Program-made: the position numbers and the translations under genes
Notes under the pieces: model-generated
Database searches by the model: none
Told to the model about the DNA's origin: nothing
Seen by the model: only the letters and a program-made list of their open reading frames with translations
Part shown: positions 60,440 through 64,000 of the stretch, in pieces
How the letters are laid out: each line of letters begins with the position of its first letter
Position numbering within the stretch: the stretch's first letter is position 1
Source of the DNA: the human T2T-CHM13v2.0 reference genome, Homo sapiens
Reading direction: 5' to 3' (one strand)
Assembly (NCBI RefSeq): GCF_009914755.1
Contig: NC_060947.1
Length of the DNA stretch: 64,000 bases

Positions 60440-61145
60440 GTACTGTTTTTATAAATTACCACCACTCCTACCCCACTCTTCCCTCCACATCTTGCAGTTG
60501 CTGAGGCTTTTAGGAGAGAAACTGTGTGAGGCAATGTTTGGATGGTAAAGGGAAAGTAGAATCCAATTAAACATCAAGAGACAAAATAAGACCTGAGGAA
60601 GAAAGGTTACTTTTGTAATAATATAGTATGAAGAAATGACCCTGTTTTAGTATATTACAGTATTCTTGCTATATAAGGGCTTTATCATGTAGTTAAAATA
60701 ACATTGCACAGGGAAGCTGACTACCCTCCTTCTGTAGAAAGCAAGCTTTCACATGAAAACTCAAGATAATCCATTACCACAGTTCTGCTAGAAACCTGGA
60801 ATATGTTTCTAAAGAGGAAGCCAAGATCGTTATTTTCATTTCGCATTGATAACGAATGGCATCAAGGTGTTTAAGAGACTAGTTTCTCTGTTGAATGTTA
60901 TATGAATCCATTCTCTGTGGTTGCACAATGTGGCTAGGAAGCAGGGGATCCAAGCAAGGTGCCTAGAAGTTCAACCTGATCTTTGGGGTTGGTTTTGATA
61001 ACTGTAGCATTGTACAAAGTTTGAGAGAGGGTGTAAAATGGTAAAGGACTTGCCAGCCCAGGAAAAAGTAGAGTCAGAGGTCTGTGTTTCGAAAGTTAGA
61101 CCTCTTGCATTTTGCGTATTTCCTTTTTTATTCTTAATATTGTGA
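60440..61145 (-). pseudogene. EBLN unit 2 (~aa 48-325)
   Basis: KEIRK..LSKHR~KDIRQ..LDQSR; LTLLFPGL (61077)~LCLLIPGL; TVIKT~TVVKT; LLGTLLGS~LLIGVVIGS; FNRETSLLNTLMP~LNR..ETATLLQMFNP; PNIASHSFSPKSLSNCKM (60541)~PNLASAAFYWSKKENPTM, ungapped. Confidence 0.87.
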
Positions 61146-61149
61146 AGTC

Positions 61150-63111
61150 TTTTTAAAGCCAGGACAATTAGGCAAGAAAAATAAAGTCATCAAAATTGGA
61201 CAGGAAGAAGTAAAACTATCTCCACAGATGTCATAATTGTAAAATAGAAAACCTTGAAAATTCCACAAAATGCCTATTACAGCTAATAAACAAGTTCAGC
61301 CAAATTGCAGAATACAAGATTAGTATACAAAAATCAGTTGCATTTCTATACCCTCCCAATGAATGATTCAAAATGGAAATTAAGAATTTCACTTACACCA
61401 GCAAAGATTAATAGGAATAAATTTAACCAAGGAAGTGGTGGGAGTCTTGTACACCAAAAAATACAAATTATTGCTGAAAGAAATGAAAGAGAACCTAAAT
61501 AAACGGAAAGACATACTGTGTTCATGGATTGGAAGATTTAGTATTGTTAAAATGGCAATATTCCCCAAGTGGATCTGCATATTAATTGCAACCCCAGTCA
61601 AAACACCAACTGCTCCCTGCCTTGTTTTTGCAGAAATGGACAAGCTAATCCTAAAATTTATGTGGAATTGCAAGAGACCTGAAGTAATGAGCAAAGTTGG
61701 AGAACTGACACTTCTGATGTCAAACTTACTGTAATACTACAGTAATCAAAATTTTTGTACTGACAAAGATTGACATGGGTCAATGTTGCAAAATTCAGGG
61801 TCCAGAAATAAACCCATACATCTGTGGTTTATTGATTTTGACACAGGTGCCAAGGCCATTGAATGGGGAAAGAATAGTGTTTTTCAATAAATGATACTTG
61901 GGCAAATGGATAGCCAAATGTAAATGAGTGAAAATTGATCCCTACTTCACTTCATATACAAAAATTAACACAAAATGTACCAAAGACCTAAATGTATGAG
62001 AAAAAAGTATACAACTCTTAGAAGAAAACATATGTGTACATCTTAGTAACCCAGGGTTTGACAAAATTCTTAGATATACCACCAAAAATATAAGCTATAA
62101 AAGAAAAAAATGAATTGATCATAAAAATTAAAAATTTGTGTATCAAAGGACACTATCAAGAAAACGAAAACCACAGAATGGGAGAAAAATATTGCAAATC
62201 ATATATCTGACAAGGGACTTGTATGTAAAAGATATACATATCTTAGAACTCAATGCTAAAGAGACAACCCAATTAAATAATGGAAAATGATTTGCATAGA
62301 CATTTCTCCAAAGAAGATATACAAATGACCAACCAGCACATCAGAAGATGCTCAACATCATTAGAGAAATACAAATCAAGATCATATGATTTGCATCACC
62401 TCCAAATCACCCTACTAGAATGGCTGTAATAAAAAACATGCAATAAGTGTTAGCAAGGACGTGGAGAAATTAGAACACTCATAAATTTCTAGTAGAAATA
62501 TAAAATGCTGAAGCCACTTTGGAAAAGTCCAAAAGTTCCTCAAAAATTTATGCATAGAACTATTATAAGATCCAATAGCTTCACTCCTAGATATATACTC
62601 AGAAGAAATGAGAAAATACATCCACAAAAAAAACTTGCACAATAATGTTCACAGCATTATTGTTTATAATTGAAAAAACATGGAGAAAACCCAAATGCCC
62701 ATCAACAAACATAATGTGGTATATTAACAGAATATTATTCAGGCATTAGAAGAAATAAAGTACAGTAAGTCCTCACTTAACATCGTTGACAGATTTTTAG
62801 AAACTGTAATTTTAAGTTAAGCGACACATAAGGAAACCAATTTTACCAACAGGCTAATTGAAATAGATAAGAGTTAAGTTCCTACCAAATATTTCTGGTT
62901 ACAGCATCACCAAACTTCTAAAGACTAAAATACTTCTAATATTAAACACTGAAATAAATATAAGCTATGCATAGAATTAAGAACAATAAGAACAAGATAA
63001 TTATTTACATGCTTATTCCAGTTTACAGTAGTGGATCGCTGCAGCCTATTTTAGCAGCTCAGAAGGCAAGGCGGGAACCCATCCTAGACAGGACTCCAGT
63101 CCATCACAGGG

Positions 63112-63154
<43 letters not shown>

Positions 63155-63710
63155 ATACTGGGATCATTTAGGCATGCCAGTTAACCTAAAATGCACTTCT
63201 TTGGGATGTACGAGGAAACTGAACTACCTGGAGAAAACTCATGAAGACATGGTGAGAACTTGCAAACTCCACAAACAGTGGCCCCAGCTGGGAATCTATT
63301 TTCTCATCAAAATTATAACCAAACAGCATTGAACAAAATTGAGACCTGCTGTAATGATACAAATTACAATGGAGATTGACCTGAAAACGTTTTGCTAAGT
63401 TAAAGAAGCCAGATACCAAAGGCCACACACATATTATGTGATTCCATTTATAATAAATGTTCAGAATAGGCAAATCCATAGAGATAGAAGGCAGATTAGT
63501 GGTTGCCAAGGGATGGAGGTGGGGGATAAGTTGGGCGAAAATGGGAAGAGACTGCTAATTGGTGCTTTGTTTCTTATTTGGGTGATAAAAATTCTCTGGA
63601 ATTAAACAGTGGACACAACATTGTGAATATACTGACAACCATTGAATTATATACTTTATTTTTATTATAATTAAAATGGTGAATTTTACTTTATATTAAT
63701 TTTATGTCAG
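61150..63710 (+). mobile_element. L1M (L1MB/MC-like) 3' portion
   Basis: YKLLLKEMKENLNKRKDILCSWIGR; old L1M 3'UTR (gacacaacattgtgaatatact). Confidence 0.85.
62763..63351. mobile_element. Tigger3-type Tc1/mariner element with (CA)n at 63114-63152
   Basis: cagtaagtcctc...gagacctgctg inverted termini with TA target duplication. Confidence 0.8.
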
Positions 63711-63719
63711 TGAATATTA

Positions 63720-64000
63720 AATATTTTCATGAATAACACAATAGAAAAAAATTAAGCACAATATTTCACTAGCTATATTTTTGAAGATATAACAAAACAC
63801 AATCATCGTCAGAGTCTTTTTATTAAGATAAATCCAGTAAAATTTGTGTATTCACATATAATCAAAACTGCCCTTCTGAAATAAACATTTGTATTTATTT
63901 TAAAAATGGGAATACAATTTCATTTTTCCCAAGCTAATAATAAAGTTATATTTGGGAAAGATAAGTTTAACTCTTAACATTACATGAAAATAGTTCACCT
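63720..64000 (-). pseudogene. EBLN unit 1 C-terminal part (continues beyond the window) and possible start of unit 2
   Basis: SFPNITLLLAWEK (63961)~SFPNLASAAFYWSK; a single motif, supported by its spacing to unit 2. Confidence 0.6.

Noticed and set aside
59530-61145. Other bornavirus genes (X/P, M, G, L), i.e. an integrated genome
   Set aside because: Each segment I could align matched N again; only G was compared by eye, so a proper search is still needed

Overview
Primate (probably hominid) genomic DNA, AT-rich and roughly 85% transposable elements by eye: nested L1s of many ages, Alus, MaLR/ERVL/ERVK LTRs, MIR/L2 and DNA transposons. I see no intact host gene, and no L1 is intact. The main result concerns the unique DNA left between the repeats. 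Hand translation of its minus strand gives, in most of the larger gaps, degenerate but collinear matches to bornavirus nucleoprotein (N/p40). At least 10 head-to-tail endogenous bornavirus-like N (EBLN) units of about 0.9 kb lie on the minus strand from ~330 to the right edge, and the array probably continues beyond the window. Where junctions survive, units abut with no poly(A) or TSD and are consistently about 30-40 codons shorter than two full N ORFs. This suggests the relic of a tandem 'poly-N' gene or a viral-sequence array, later inflated to more than 60 kb by retrotransposons. Alignments were made by eye against a BoDV-1 N sequence recalled from memory. Subfamily calls and boundaries are approximate and need tBLASTn/HMM and RepeatMasker confirmation.
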